DNA of 64,000 bases from Candidatus Kapaibacterium sp. (GCA_963664875.1 OY761611.1:2240001-2304000); one strand, 5' to 3'. Shown: positions 37,881 to 49,463, counted from the stretch's first letter. Notes: a model not told the origin generated them from the sequence alone. Program-made: numbers and translations.

Positions 37881-38948
37881 TTATGCTTTAAGAAATCCTA
37901 CAATAACTGTGGTAGTGTCTCCCTGCTTACTGCATACTTCAAATTTGCCATCGTAAAGCGTAACAAGTTTTTTGACTATAGCAAGCCCAAGCCCTAAGCC
38001 CTGCTGCTCGAAAGAACAACGGTCAAATTGCATAAAAGCACCAATATACTCTATCTGCTCGGGCGTAAATCCTCGACCGTGGTTAGTAAACTTATAATAT
38101 ATATATCCTGATTTTTCGTAGCTTTCGATTAGGACTTTTGTTTCAGGAGCAGCAAACTTGAATGAGTTATCGGCAAGTTCCCCAATAATCTTAATAAAAT
38201 GTTTCCCTGAAACCTTTACACTGAAATGTTCAACTTTGTCAATGATATCTTTATCTCTGCCATACATTCTGGCTATATTATGGATATGGTCAGTAAGAAA
38301 CATTTCCTGTCCGTCGGGGATCACTTCACAGCTTGTCAGGTTCATGATATCAACATACAAATTGTAGTTTTCTAACAAATGGAGCAATCTCGAGCCGGAT
38401 TCGTGGATATTTGCAAGCATCAAATCGATTTCCTGTGGAGTAAATCTATCCAAAGAAGTGCGAAGCATGCTAGCAAAGCCCATAATAGAATTGAGCGGAG
38501 TTCTGAATTCGTGAGGGAGTGACTTTGTGAAAGTACTTCTTAGTTCATGCAAGTACTTTTCGTAATGACTTTTGATTTTTCTATACTTTTTAAGATTAGC
38601 CTCTATTGCCTTTATCACTTCATTGTTATCGAAGGGTTTCACCAAATAATCGTCAGCACCGAGCTCCATGCCGCTTCTTCTGTCAGCATCTTCCGCTTTT
38701 GCAGTCAGAAAGATGAATGGAGTAGCATAAGTATTAGGAGATGTTTTGAGCGCTTTGAGTACATCATAGCCGTTGGTTTCAGGCATCATAATGTCGCTGA
38801 TTACCAAATCAGGAAATTCCTCGAATGCTATCTTGATGCCTTCTCTACCATTGGTAGCAGTGATGACCTCATAGTCTTTCAATTCGAGAAGCTCACTGAG
38901 GTTTTCGAGTACTTCGAAATCGTCTTCGATTATTAGGATTTTCGCCAT
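37881..38948 (-). CDS. Receiver-histidine kinase hybrid
   Basis: KILIIEDD..PDLVISDIMMP..FLTA..GADDYLVKP; PHEFRTPLN; GLGLGL. Confidence 0.93.
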   Translation of the reverse strand: MAKILIIEDDFEVLENLSELLELKDYEVITATNGREGIKIAFEEFPDLVISDIMMPETNGYDVLKALKTSPNTYATPFIFLTAKAEDADRRSGMELGADDYLVKPFDNNEVIKAIEANLKKYRKIKSHYEKYLHELRSTFTKSLPHEFRTPLNSIMGFASMLRTSLDRFTPQEIDLMLANIHESGSRLLHLLENYNLYVDIMNLTSCEVIPDGQEMFLTDHIHNIARMYGRDKDIIDKVEHFSVKVSGKHFIKIIGELADNSFKFAAPETKVLIESYEKSGYIYYKFTNHGRGFTPEQIEYIGAFMQFDRCSFEQQGLGLGLAIVKKLVTLYDGKFEVCSKQGDTTTVIVGFLKA

Positions 38949-39052
38949 AGCTTGAGTAATTGGTATAGGGCAATATTTTAGGATAATTTACATAAGGAGA
39001 GTAATTTTTAAAAATAATATTATATCACTACGATGTAATAAAATATATTTGC

Positions 39053-41731
39053 TTATTTGTTCAATCGGACAAGCACTTTTGTGTATTTGTTTGGTTCGCT
39101 TTGAATTTTAATCCTACCTCCAAGCAAATCTAAACACCTTTGGACAATAGTCAGTCCAAGCCCAGAGCCCATAGTAGGCGAGACTTTTTCGCTGCGTATG
39201 AAAGGGTCAAAAATGACCTGCAATTCCTGCTCAGAAATACCTATTCCTTTGTCTTCTATTTCGATAAAGTAATATTTGCTGTCGGAACTCACCATTATTT
39301 TAATTTCTGTATTGGCAGGAGAAAATTTCAGAGAATTGAGCAAAAGATTATTGAAAATCATATAAAGCAGTTTTGGGTCGCTTTTTACCACAGTGTCTTT
39401 GCTATCATAAACAAAAGTTAGCCGGTGAGAGTCGTTATCATAAATAGTAATCTCGTCAATTATTTTCCATAACAATTTTTCGAGATTGAGTTCTATAAGT
39501 ATAGCACTAAGTTTGCCGTCGTTACTTGATTGGAAGGCAGTTACGTTTTCTAAAAGCTGAATAAGCGTATTGATGGCTTTTTTTATTTTTTGTGAGTGTT
39601 TGTCGAATCGTTCTTGATTACCTTTTTTAAAATGCTCATTCATCAGCTCTAACGAAGAGCTTATGACTGTAATAGGAGTTCGGTACTGATGGGATATCAT
39701 AGTTATAAATTTATTCTTTATTTCGTTTAAATCACGCTCAGTATTCAAAGCTTTTGCCAAATCTTCTTTAGTAGCTATCAAATCAGACTCTATCCCTTCT
39801 CTTCTCAAAATTTCAAGACGTAAATCCTGAAATGCATCTTCTAATTGAGCAGTTCTCTCTTTTACTCTGTTTTCGAGCTCCATATTCAGAGATATAATTT
39901 CTTTCTCAACCAAAACTCTTTTAGTAACATCACGCAATATTGCAGCAAATAGGAAGTCCGAGTTGGTTTCGAAAGGGAATAAAAACAGTTTGAGAAATAA
40001 ATCTTTATTTTTGTCATCTTTTAGATGTAAATCAAACTGCATGAGCTGCTTAGTAGAACGTGAATGAGCCCGATAATCTACAAAAAATGTTTTTAGCTCT
40101 TCGGAGCTTAATTCATATTCTGCAGGAACATATTTTACTAACGACAATATGTCCCAGATGTCTTTATTTAGTAATTTATTGCCGGCTACACGAAGAATTT
40201 TGCCAAGAGCAGGATTTGTATCGACAATTTTTCCCTGAGTATTAAACACCAGTAAACCATCGACCAGCTGATTTACCACTGTTCTGAATTTATTTTCGCT
40301 CGCGATTAGTTCTTCTTTGAATTGCTGACTCTCTGTAATATCTCTTATAACCACAGTAGTGCCAAGATACGCACTATCATTGCCTCTTCTTGCAGTAAAT
40401 CGCGAAGAAAACCATTTTCGCTTTCCATGTTTGTCGATAAAAAATATGTAGTCCATCGCCCTGCGCTTACTTCTTGCGGAATCTATATATTTAGAAAAAG
40501 CTGAGGCAAGATCCGGAGGCATTGTGTCATGCAAAGCTCTGCCAAGGCAATCATCAGGACCGGGGAGATATTTATGCGTCTTATCAGGGGTATAAATATC
40601 GACAAATATATTGTTTTTATCCAGAACATAAACCAAATCGTCCATCGACATAAGAGTCGATTTCATATTATCTCTGTTATTCTGGAGAGCTCCTTCGAGC
40701 ACCTTTGTGCCTGTAATATCTCGAGCAAGACAAAGCAGACCGTCTTCTGCCGGGTAAATCCCAAAATTAAACCACCTATCTTTACCGTCAAAGATTTTTG
40801 TATTAACCACAACAGAATCAGGGTTTCGGGAGTGCATCACTTTTTCTAATATCGAATACATTTCAGTATTAAGAATTCCCGGAAATATCTGAAAAAGTGT
40901 CTGTCCTTCCGGTTTGGTCTGATTACCGTTACTCATTAGATACTGTTTAGATATTTCATTTGCAAAAATGCATTTCCAATGCAAATCAAAAACAATGACT
41001 ATATCGCGAATACTATTCAGCAAATTTTCGTATTGGCTTTGACTTTGCCTGCAGGCTTCCTCAAGATTTTTCCTTTTGGTAATATCTCTGGCAATACCGT
41101 TGATCTCTTCCATGTTCCCGGATCTGAGCAAGGGAGTGGTTTTGACTTCAAGAGCCACGTATGTGCCGTTGGACTTTCTTACTCTCAAATCAATATTTTG
41201 ACCAATTTGGAGTTCGACTAAGTCAATAAATTTTTCATTGGCGAGAGCCAAATCGTCTTCATGAATAAGCTCAGAAAAATGTTTGCCTAAGATTTCAGCT
41301 CTCTCTATACCTAAAATACTTTCAAAAGATTTATTCAATTTTGTAAAGAACCCATCTTTGTTCAAAGAAAAAAGGATATCCGAGATGGTATCCATATAAG
41401 ATGAGTAGTCATTGATATGAACCTTGTTGACAGGCTGCTTTAGGAGAAATTTCAATGCAGAAGTAAGGTTCGACTTCAAATGAGAATTTACTTCTATAGT
41501 AAATACTTTTTCGGAATCTGAACTTATTGAGCCGAGAGCAATAATATAATTATATACAGGCAGCAAAGAATTCAATTCTGTTTCGTCGTCGCAAACAGCT
41601 ATGAAGTAAGCATCAAAATCGCGGTTTGAGCTATCAGAAAGGATAGATTGCAAAGTTGCTCTAACTTTATTTTTCAAAGTAGAGTCTTTGATAGAATCTA
41701 AATACACCGGATATTGATGATATTTTGTCAA
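39053..41731 (-). CDS. Multi-PAS sensor histidine kinase
   Basis: Four PAS/PAC units ending in RDIT/RDVT; SHQYRTP H-box; DKGIGI; GSGLGL. Confidence 0.92.
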   Translation of the reverse strand: MTKYHQYPVYLDSIKDSTLKNKVRATLQSILSDSSNRDFDAYFIAVCDDETELNSLLPVYNYIIALGSISSDSEKVFTIEVNSHLKSNLTSALKFLLKQPVNKVHINDYSSYMDTISDILFSLNKDGFFTKLNKSFESILGIERAEILGKHFSELIHEDDLALANEKFIDLVELQIGQNIDLRVRKSNGTYVALEVKTTPLLRSGNMEEINGIARDITKRKNLEEACRQSQSQYENLLNSIRDIVIVFDLHWKCIFANEISKQYLMSNGNQTKPEGQTLFQIFPGILNTEMYSILEKVMHSRNPDSVVVNTKIFDGKDRWFNFGIYPAEDGLLCLARDITGTKVLEGALQNNRDNMKSTLMSMDDLVYVLDKNNIFVDIYTPDKTHKYLPGPDDCLGRALHDTMPPDLASAFSKYIDSARSKRRAMDYIFFIDKHGKRKWFSSRFTARRGNDSAYLGTTVVIRDITESQQFKEELIASENKFRTVVNQLVDGLLVFNTQGKIVDTNPALGKILRVAGNKLLNKDIWDILSLVKYVPAEYELSSEELKTFFVDYRAHSRSTKQLMQFDLHLKDDKNKDLFLKLFLFPFETNSDFLFAAILRDVTKRVLVEKEIISLNMELENRVKERTAQLEDAFQDLRLEILRREGIESDLIATKEDLAKALNTERDLNEIKNKFITMISHQYRTPITVISSSLELMNEHFKKGNQERFDKHSQKIKKAINTLIQLLENVTAFQSSNDGKLSAILIELNLEKLLWKIIDEITIYDNDSHRLTFVYDSKDTVVKSDPKLLYMIFNNLLLNSLKFSPANTEIKIMVSSDSKYYFIEIEDKGIGISEQELQVIFDPFIRSEKVSPTMGSGLGLTIVQRCLDLLGGRIKIQSEPNKYTKVLVRLNK

Positions 41732-41925
41732 TTATTATACCTGCATTTTTACTTTGCTACAATAATATGATAATTATTTAATACCTGCAAGCAAAATCCA
41801 AGTGAACCAATAAAAATAATACTTGTACAAGTCTATTGTACTGATAGCTTTTTTACTGTCAGTTGCTTACTTACTATTTACTTTATAAAGAATTGAGTAA
41901 ATTGTAAAGTGCTGTATTTGCATTT

Positions 41926-44900
41926 TTGCCGAAAAAAATCTATTTGTTACAATTGAACGGCATCCGAATAAAGCTTTATGTTATAATGGAAAGACTTATG
42001 AGTGTCAATAAAAGAATATCAGGTTTTATAAAAAGTTTAATTACAGTCGTAGTATTTATAGTTCTTTTTGCCTTGCCATCGAGTGCGGAAGCTCCTCAAT
42101 ATATGGGCAATTATAACTTGATGCAGAGACAGATTCTGTTAAGCTCTATGAGTCTGAGCAGTATCTTTTATAATTTCAACATTTGGTATAATTTGTATTT
42201 GATGCAAATGTTCCAAAGAGACAACCTTTTCAAAAAAGACACCAGCGACTACAAACCTGCTTTTTTGAAAATTCCTGAGATAGACGGGAATATTTATCGC
42301 GACAATTCATTAGGGAACGATAGACTCGACAGTCTTGATATTTATTCGAGAGAGGACAAAATTGATACTCTCGGACAAAATGTAAGCTCTAAAGAAAAAA
42401 TCGGAGATGTGGATCTTGGATATACTTATGATTTGGATCTTGACAGTTATCTAAGACAACGCAAGGAACATTTACAACGTGAAGTCTGGGATTCGATTTT
42501 AACTCAATATGATTTGAAGAAAGCTCTTTCTAAAGGTGATTTAGCCAAAATGCTCGCACAATCTACCGGACTTACAATACCACTACCTCCTAATCCGGTA
42601 ATTGGTATATTCGGCAAGCCACAGATTAGAGTCAATGTGCATGGTCAGGTCAATATTAGGGTAGGCTGGAGATGGGATTCACAAAATCTCGGTACAGTCT
42701 CTGCTTTTGGACAGACTCAATCCTCGCCTATCTTTAGTCAGGATATTAAAGTTGGGGTTAACGCTCAGATTGGCGACAAACTTAAGTTAGTAACCGACTG
42801 GGACACAAAAAGGATGTTCGAGTTCCAAAACAAATTTAAAATTGGTTTCGAAGGCGAAGACGATGACATTATCAAATTGGTAGAAGTCGGAAATGTAAGC
42901 CTGCCGCTCGAATCTACTTTAATAAGTGGAGGTGAGGCATTGTTCGGAGTAAGAGCAGACTTCCAATTTGGGCCTTTGTATCTAAAAACATTATTTTCTC
43001 AGAGAAAAGGTCAGAAGAAGTTTGTAGATGTAAGAGGTGGAGCTTCACGCCAGTATTTCAATTTGCGTGCTTATGACTATGCAAAAAATCACTTTTTTAT
43101 AGATACTGCCTATAAAGCTGTTTATGATGATTACTTTAAGAACTCGACACCTGTTGCGTCCAAAGAATTTGCACATCTAAGAGTAAAAGAAATTGAGGTA
43201 TGGGAAGCTACCAATCAGGTAACAGAAACCCGCTCTGCCATTTCGGTTGCTCACTCCGATTTGCCTGGTGTGCGCCGTAAACTTGGTGAAAACTATACAC
43301 CTGACATCAAAAACAAACCAATACAGTCCGGTATAGTCGAGCGAGGTAGATTTGTCCGCTTGGATTCAAATAAATACACTTTTGACTATAATCTTGGTAC
43401 TTTAAGTATCCATAATCTCCGACAGGATAGGTATTATGCAGTTTCATACCGCATAGAAGGTCCGACTAGCTCCAATGAAGATGATATTTATGTCGGCGAT
43501 TTGTCGTATTTAGTTGGCGAACGTGATTCGCTTATATTAAAACTCGTCTATAGACCAAATATGCAACCGGGTTTTGCATCGCTTTGGTCCAGACAGATGA
43601 AAAACAAATATTCTATCAATTCTACAAATGTCAATACAACAGACACTCGAATCGGGGTATGGTACATTAGGCAATCTAATGACTCTACTGATGTGATTGA
43701 GGGATCTAACGAAAAACTTGTTACCATTTTTGGTGTGGACAGGGTAAATAATAGTACTGGTTCTACTCCGGCAGATGGTATGTTCGATTTGAGACCACCT
43801 TTCTTCGATCCGATTAGAGGCGAAATTACCTTCCCATCGACGGAGCCATTTGGAGATGGATTGAGGCGGTATTTTTCAGATCCTTTAAAGAATCTAAATC
43901 CTGGCGATGCTGAGAATTATGTTTTTGATGAAGTTTATGACACGACTTATGATGTTGCTCGCCGCAATACAGCTCGCGATAGATTTATGATTACCGGTGA
44001 AGTAACCGGCAGACAGTCTAATAGAATTTTCCTTGGCGGTTATAACATACCGCAGGGTAGCGTTAGAGTTACTTTAGACGGTCGTCCGTTGAAAGAGTTC
44101 CAGGACTATATCGTAGATTATTATTCAGGTATGCTAACTTTAAAAAATGAGCGTGCTACACTTCCAAATGCAAACTTGAGAATAGAATACGAACAGCAGG
44201 ATATCTTTAATGTCTCGACACGAACTCTGGCAGGGATTAGGGCAGATTATAAGCTCTATGAGCAGAGGAATATCGAGGCTATACTGGGTATGACCTTTAT
44301 GCACTATGACCAGTCGGCAGTTGTCGATAGGGTAAGGCTTGGAGATGAACCTGTATCAAATAGTATGATTGGTTTAGATGCTAAACTTAACGTAAAAGCG
44401 CCATGGATTACTAAAGCCTTGGATGCACTTCCGTTTTTTGACACAAAAGCAGAATCTTCAATAAATCTTCGTGGTGAGTGGGCTATGATCTTGCCGACTC
44501 CTAATAAACGCAAATCTACAGTTGCTTCTGATAATGGAGCTGCAGTTGTTTATATTGATGATTTTGATGCAGCGCAAAGACATATTTCTCTTGGTATGAA
44601 TGCTACTTTATGGTCTCATTCTTCTCAGCCGGAAGATATTTTTATCGGAGCGAATGACAGTATTCGTGCAGGCTTTAGAGCGAGAACGTTTTGGTTCCAA
44701 TATTTCATACCTTCTGTGCCAACTACGGAAGTATGGCCTAATAGACAAGACATACAACAAGGTAATAGAAATATTTCACCTTTGCATTTAGTTTTCGATC
44801 CCGAATATAGAGGTATTTATAACAAAAACCCTCAATATGTAGATGCTCTAAATCCCGAATTTAATCAAGCAAATGCTTTCTGGGATAACGAATCAAATAT

Positions 44901-47900
44901 GGAACGTATCTGGGGTGGTATGATGAGACTATTCTCTTCATTCAATACTAACTTTGATACAGAGAATATAGAATATATCGAACTAATGATGAAAGTAGAT
45001 CATCAGAGATTTGGAAGCACAAGAATGTTTATCGATATTGGACAAATAAGCGAAGATATTATTCCAAATCAGGCACTTGATACAGAAGACGGAATTACCG
45101 AAGAAAGCACATATCCTAATAATATGATAGATACCGGCGAAGATTTGGGTATTGATGCACTAACTAATGCACAGGAAAAAGAACAGTACCCCGCTCCTTT
45201 GAATCTGGAAGAAGACCCGGCGCGTGATGATTATGCATTCGATTTCCAAAAAGATGACAGAGACAGAGAAGAAGCTGACTTTATAAAATATAATAATTTT
45301 GAAGGAAATTCTTTGATTTCTGAAGTTGGTCAGTTCCCTGACACTGAAGTTTTGAATAAAAACAACGGACAAACTGTATCTCTTGATAATAGTTATTTTA
45401 CCTATGAGGTCAATCTCGACACTCGCCCGACTACTAACCCTCAGATAAAGGGTAGCAATAACGGCTGGAATTTATACCGAATTCCAATCAGAAAACCGGA
45501 CAGCAAAGTAGGTAATCCACTGTTTTCTAATATTCAATATATCAGAGTCAGATTCCAAGGCGGTGTATTCAAAGCAAGAATCGCTGACTGGAGACTTGTC
45601 GGATCGCAATGGCAACGTATAAATAATTTCCAAAACGTTGCTTCAACTGATAGTGTAATGCAGCTCGCTTTTGTGAACCTATGGGATAACAGTGGAGCTC
45701 CGGACTATTACTCTATGCCTCCGGGAGTTGATGCTCCACGTCAGTTGAATAACCCTGATGCAACTCAGGATATTAGACTTAATGAACAATCTCTTTCAGT
45801 TAGCGTTTCAAACTTACGATATGGCGATGAAAGAATGGCTGTTAGAATTTTCCAACCTTTGGATATATTCTACTACAAAAAATTGAAACTCTTTATACAT
45901 GGTGATGGTTCTATGCCTGCGGTAATGGTTCCTGGGGCAGTGCCTAAAGCAAACTTCTTTATCAGATTTGGTATTGACTCGAGCAACTATTACGAGTACA
46001 GACGACCACTCGTGAGCGGCTGGCAGGATATTGAGATTAACCTTGCAGAACTTACTGCAATCAAACAGTCGCGAGATACATCTATGCTTTACGACAGACA
46101 ATATGTGCCTGTCGAAGGTGATGAGCTGGCTTATTTCTACATAAAAGGTAATCCGATACTTACAAGAGTCAATTTCTTTGGTCTTGGTATCGCAAACCCT
46201 GCAGAACGTTTCCCTAACGAATTGACCACTACTATGTGGGTTGATGAACTTAGGCTTTTGGAACCGGAAAACAGAAAAGATTGGGCTGCAGTAGCTAACG
46301 TCAACGTAAAACTTGCAGACCTTGGAAATGTAAATGCATCTTTTGAAAGAAGGGAACCAAACTTCCACCAGTTGGAAGAAAGATTTGGCGACAGAGTCAG
46401 CCAGACCAACTGGACTGTTTCGATGGATGCAAGCTTAGATAAATTTGCTCCTAAATCCATGAGTAAAATGAAAGTACCAATTACTTACACCCACTCTGAG
46501 TTTATGAGCAAACCTGAATACGAAGCAAGTAACGATATTAAATTGGAGCGAGCTGCGGAGTCTGCTTATGCACAAGCAAGAAGAAACGGATATAGCGAAG
46601 ACGAAGCAAGACAAATATCCGAAAGAGTAAAAGTGGAATCACAATCGCTTAGAGTGCAGGACAGCTGGGCTATTACTTCTATGAAACTTGGCATACCTAT
46701 TAGCCATTGGTTGGTAGATAAAACATTAAACGGCTTGACTTTTGGTTATTCTTATGCTCAGGAATTTGAACGTTCTCCGATTTACGAACAGAAATTCAAC
46801 TGGCAGTGGAGATTTAATGTCAAATATGACCTTGCAATACCTGATTTACTTTCATTGCAGCCACTCGGCTTTTTGAAAAAAGTGCCGGTTTTAAATGCCT
46901 ATTCAGATTGGAAAATTAACTTCCTCCCCGGTGCATTTAATGCAGGTTTGGACATGAACAGAAGAAGACAAACTGAGCAATCAAGATTCCTTGATTACCC
47001 GAGTCCTGTGTTCAGAGATTTTACTGCCGTTCAGAGTGCCTCTTTCAACTGGAAACTTACAGAAGGCGGCTTGTTGAGTCCTGAGATACAATATACTGTA
47101 AATACAAATTCAACTCTTGTACCTTATGAATTGGACGAAGACGGCAATCAAAGGACAGGAGCAGATCTATGGAGATATATCTTTAGTGGCGGTTTGAATC
47201 TTGGTAATAACAATCTCCATTCGCAGACTGTAAACATCAACTTCAAGCCTGTACTGCCTAACATCTTAGGTATGAGCAAGTATTTTGCGATCACAGGGAG
47301 CTACAATGTCAATTATCAATGGCAAGATCCTATGCAACCGGATCCGGCACTTCGTGATTTGGTTAAAAATGCGAGCTACAATGCATCATTGAGATTTAAA
47401 ATTGACTGGCAGCTTATGAAGCTGGGCGATGAGTGGTTTGGCAAAAAAGCTCCGGAAAGAAAAAAACGCATAAGCAGAAGTAAATCAGACGATGATAAAG
47501 AAAAAGCTAACCAGGCAGCTCAAGAAGGTGGAATTTGGGATGCTACTATGAGCACAATCAAAACTATTTTCTTTGACTGGCAAAAAGTTACTTTTAGCTT
47601 CAACCAGAATAATACTGCCAATAACCCAGGGGTTTACGGCGGTACCGGTATGAATAACTTCTGGGGAAGAGGTCTTACTTTCCGTGATTCTAAACAGATG
47701 TACGGACCAAGTTTTGCCTACCAGCTTGGCTTGGTATCGAATCCTCACGGAGGATTTCGTACAAATGGTTTTGGATTTGAAACTTATACAGGTCTCAGAC
47801 CTGCTGATGGTGTAATGCAGGACAACTATAATCAGTCCACTAACCTTAAAGCAAACACTTCAAGACCGCTTTGGGAAGGTGCGATGTTAAATCTCGAATG

Positions 47901-48882
47901 GAATACTGATTTTGGATATACGCGTAATCAGACAGTAGTGACAGATGAAAATGGTGTACCTGATTTTACAAATATTATGGCGACAGAAAACTTTAAACGT
48001 TCTTATATTAGTTTCCCTTCGTTCTTTGGGTTCAATTTATTCAGCAACACAATCGAAAATGTAATAGATTTATACGAACAGAGAAGACCGGGCATTCTAA
48101 ATTCAGACTTAGACACTGTTTCTAAAAATCAGGCTTTGCAAAATGCACTTTCAGAATCTTTCTACGAAGGACTTGAAGCATTCAGTCTCTTTGGGGTTGG
48201 CAAAATTGGTAAATTCTTACCTGCTGTCAACTGGGAGATTACATGGGAAGGCATGGAAAAATTCCCTCTTTGGAGTAGCTTTATAGACAAAATGCGTTTC
48301 CAACATAAATACAAATCTTCCTATCAGGAAAATGTATTGATCACTGACAACGGACGAGCTGTTCAAAATCAGGTAATTGAGTATGAGTTTGCACCGCTTT
48401 TTGGCTGGAATCTAACTTTTGATGAAGATTTGTTTGACGGCATATTGAATGCAGAAGCGAAATACAGCACAAAAACTTCTTACAATTTGAACTCTGCAAA
48501 CCGCTCTACTATAACCAGACAAAGGACAGATGACATAACCATCAGAGCCGGCTACACGATGAAAGGATTTGAGTTCCCGCTTTTCGGACTTGTTCTAAAA
48601 AATGATCTTGAGTATGCTTTCTTGTTTACATTCAAAAACAACTCAAGTGCTACTTATGACATATTGGATAAAGCGAGCTTGAACGACAACGAAGGAAGAA
48701 CTCTAAACGGCAATAAACAAATTATCTTAGAACCGAGTGCAAGGTATTCGATTTCAGATAGATTTACTGCAGCGTTGTTTTTCCGCTATGAAGGCACATT
48801 TACCGAAGGGGCTGCCTCTCCGGGCTTCCACACTACTCAGGTAGGGCTTGATATTAGGATGTCTATTGCCGGTGGCAGGTAA
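41926..48882 (+). CDS. sprA: Type IX secretion system outer-membrane translocon SprA (start may be 41986 or 41998)
   Basis: ~2300 aa; FEFQNKFKIGFEGEDDDIIKLVEVGNVSLP..LFGVRADFQFG, NIPQGSVRVT..DYIVDY, YIDDFD, WVDELRL, LADLG. Confidence 0.93.
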   Translation: MPKKIYLLQLNGIRIKLYVIMERLMSVNKRISGFIKSLITVVVFIVLFALPSSAEAPQYMGNYNLMQRQILLSSMSLSSIFYNFNIWYNLYLMQMFQRDNLFKKDTSDYKPAFLKIPEIDGNIYRDNSLGNDRLDSLDIYSREDKIDTLGQNVSSKEKIGDVDLGYTYDLDLDSYLRQRKEHLQREVWDSILTQYDLKKALSKGDLAKMLAQSTGLTIPLPPNPVIGIFGKPQIRVNVHGQVNIRVGWRWDSQNLGTVSAFGQTQSSPIFSQDIKVGVNAQIGDKLKLVTDWDTKRMFEFQNKFKIGFEGEDDDIIKLVEVGNVSLPLESTLISGGEALFGVRADFQFGPLYLKTLFSQRKGQKKFVDVRGGASRQYFNLRAYDYAKNHFFIDTAYKAVYDDYFKNSTPVASKEFAHLRVKEIEVWEATNQVTETRSAISVAHSDLPGVRRKLGENYTPDIKNKPIQSGIVERGRFVRLDSNKYTFDYNLGTLSIHNLRQDRYYAVSYRIEGPTSSNEDDIYVGDLSYLVGERDSLILKLVYRPNMQPGFASLWSRQMKNKYSINSTNVNTTDTRIGVWYIRQSNDSTDVIEGSNEKLVTIFGVDRVNNSTGSTPADGMFDLRPPFFDPIRGEITFPSTEPFGDGLRRYFSDPLKNLNPGDAENYVFDEVYDTTYDVARRNTARDRFMITGEVTGRQSNRIFLGGYNIPQGSVRVTLDGRPLKEFQDYIVDYYSGMLTLKNERATLPNANLRIEYEQQDIFNVSTRTLAGIRADYKLYEQRNIEAILGMTFMHYDQSAVVDRVRLGDEPVSNSMIGLDAKLNVKAPWITKALDALPFFDTKAESSINLRGEWAMILPTPNKRKSTVASDNGAAVVYIDDFDAAQRHISLGMNATLWSHSSQPEDIFIGANDSIRAGFRARTFWFQYFIPSVPTTEVWPNRQDIQQGNRNISPLHLVFDPEYRGIYNKNPQYVDALNPEFNQANAFWDNESNMERIWGGMMRLFSSFNTNFDTENIEYIELMMKVDHQRFGSTRMFIDIGQISEDIIPNQALDTEDGITEESTYPNNMIDTGEDLGIDALTNAQEKEQYPAPLNLEEDPARDDYAFDFQKDDRDREEADFIKYNNFEGNSLISEVGQFPDTEVLNKNNGQTVSLDNSYFTYEVNLDTRPTTNPQIKGSNNGWNLYRIPIRKPDSKVGNPLFSNIQYIRVRFQGGVFKARIADWRLVGSQWQRINNFQNVASTDSVMQLAFVNLWDNSGAPDYYSMPPGVDAPRQLNNPDATQDIRLNEQSLSVSVSNLRYGDERMAVRIFQPLDIFYYKKLKLFIHGDGSMPAVMVPGAVPKANFFIRFGIDSSNYYEYRRPLVSGWQDIEINLAELTAIKQSRDTSMLYDRQYVPVEGDELAYFYIKGNPILTRVNFFGLGIANPAERFPNELTTTMWVDELRLLEPENRKDWAAVANVNVKLADLGNVNASFERREPNFHQLEERFGDRVSQTNWTVSMDASLDKFAPKSMSKMKVPITYTHSEFMSKPEYEASNDIKLERAAESAYAQARRNGYSEDEARQISERVKVESQSLRVQDSWAITSMKLGIPISHWLVDKTLNGLTFGYSYAQEFERSPIYEQKFNWQWRFNVKYDLAIPDLLSLQPLGFLKKVPVLNAYSDWKINFLPGAFNAGLDMNRRRQTEQSRFLDYPSPVFRDFTAVQSASFNWKLTEGGLLSPEIQYTVNTNSTLVPYELDEDGNQRTGADLWRYIFSGGLNLGNNNLHSQTVNINFKPVLPNILGMSKYFAITGSYNVNYQWQDPMQPDPALRDLVKNASYNASLRFKIDWQLMKLGDEWFGKKAPERKKRISRSKSDDDKEKANQAAQEGGIWDATMSTIKTIFFDWQKVTFSFNQNNTANNPGVYGGTGMNNFWGRGLTFRDSKQMYGPSFAYQLGLVSNPHGGFRTNGFGFETYTGLRPADGVMQDNYNQSTNLKANTSRPLWEGAMLNLEWNTDFGYTRNQTVVTDENGVPDFTNIMATENFKRSYISFPSFFGFNLFSNTIENVIDLYEQRRPGILNSDLDTVSKNQALQNALSESFYEGLEAFSLFGVGKIGKFLPAVNWEITWEGMEKFPLWSSFIDKMRFQHKYKSSYQENVLITDNGRAVQNQVIEYEFAPLFGWNLTFDEDLFDGILNAEAKYSTKTSYNLNSANRSTITRQRTDDITIRAGYTMKGFEFPLFGLVLKNDLEYAFLFTFKNNSSATYDILDKASLNDNEGRTLNGNKQIILEPSARYSISDRFTAALFFRYEGTFTEGAASPGFHTTQVGLDIRMSIAGGR

Positions 48883-48909
48883 AATCAGAACAGAATTTAG
48901 ATAAATATC

Positions 48910-48956
48910 AAAAAAGGAGTGTTTATTCGAACTAAAATGAAAAACACTCCTTTTTT
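48910..48956. terminator. Bidirectional terminator between sprA and bfr
   Basis: AAAAAAGGAGTGTTT..AAACACTCCTTTTTT. Confidence 0.85.
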
Positions 48957-48959
48957 CTA

Positions 48960-49463
48960 TTATTCCGGTCTTTGACCCATAGAGATAGATTTGCTTCTTT
49001 CGATAGATTGAAGAGCCAAATAATTATCGCCAAACTTAGTGAGATTGTCAAGTTCTACGTCGAATTGATCGCCGTGTCTTTCTTCGTCTTCTACTAAGGA
49101 TTCAAATAATTTTTTTGAAACCGAATCTGCATTTGCAGAGCATTCATTTGCCCAGATATTGTAATCCGTTGCACTCGAATCTTCCATAGCAACTGCGATT
49201 TCTAACATTTCACGTACATTGTGAATCTTTTTAACATCTTCAGCAGGTTTCATTTCGACTTCGCCTTTTAGGAATAGTATCCTTTCGGCAAGCATTTCTA
49301 TATGCATCATTTCCTGTATAGCTGTAGTTTTGAAAAGCTGTGCAAGCAAATCATAACCTTGGTCATCGCAGTGAAAATGGAAGTACATATATTGATGCAC
49401 TGCAGTCAATTCGTCAGCAATTGCTTTGTTGAGCAATTCGATGCTTCTTTCTTTTTTAGCCAT
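48960..49463 (-). CDS. bfr: Bacterioferritin
   Basis: Ferroxidase ligands DELTAVHQY, EMMH (including the haem Met), DEERH; LAERILFL.G. Confidence 0.92.
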   Translation of the reverse strand: MAKKERSIELLNKAIADELTAVHQYMYFHFHCDDQGYDLLAQLFKTTAIQEMMHIEMLAERILFLKGEVEMKPAEDVKKIHNVREMLEIAVAMEDSSATDYNIWANECSANADSVSKKLFESLVEDEERHGDQFDVELDNLTKFGDNYLALQSIERSKSISMGQRPE

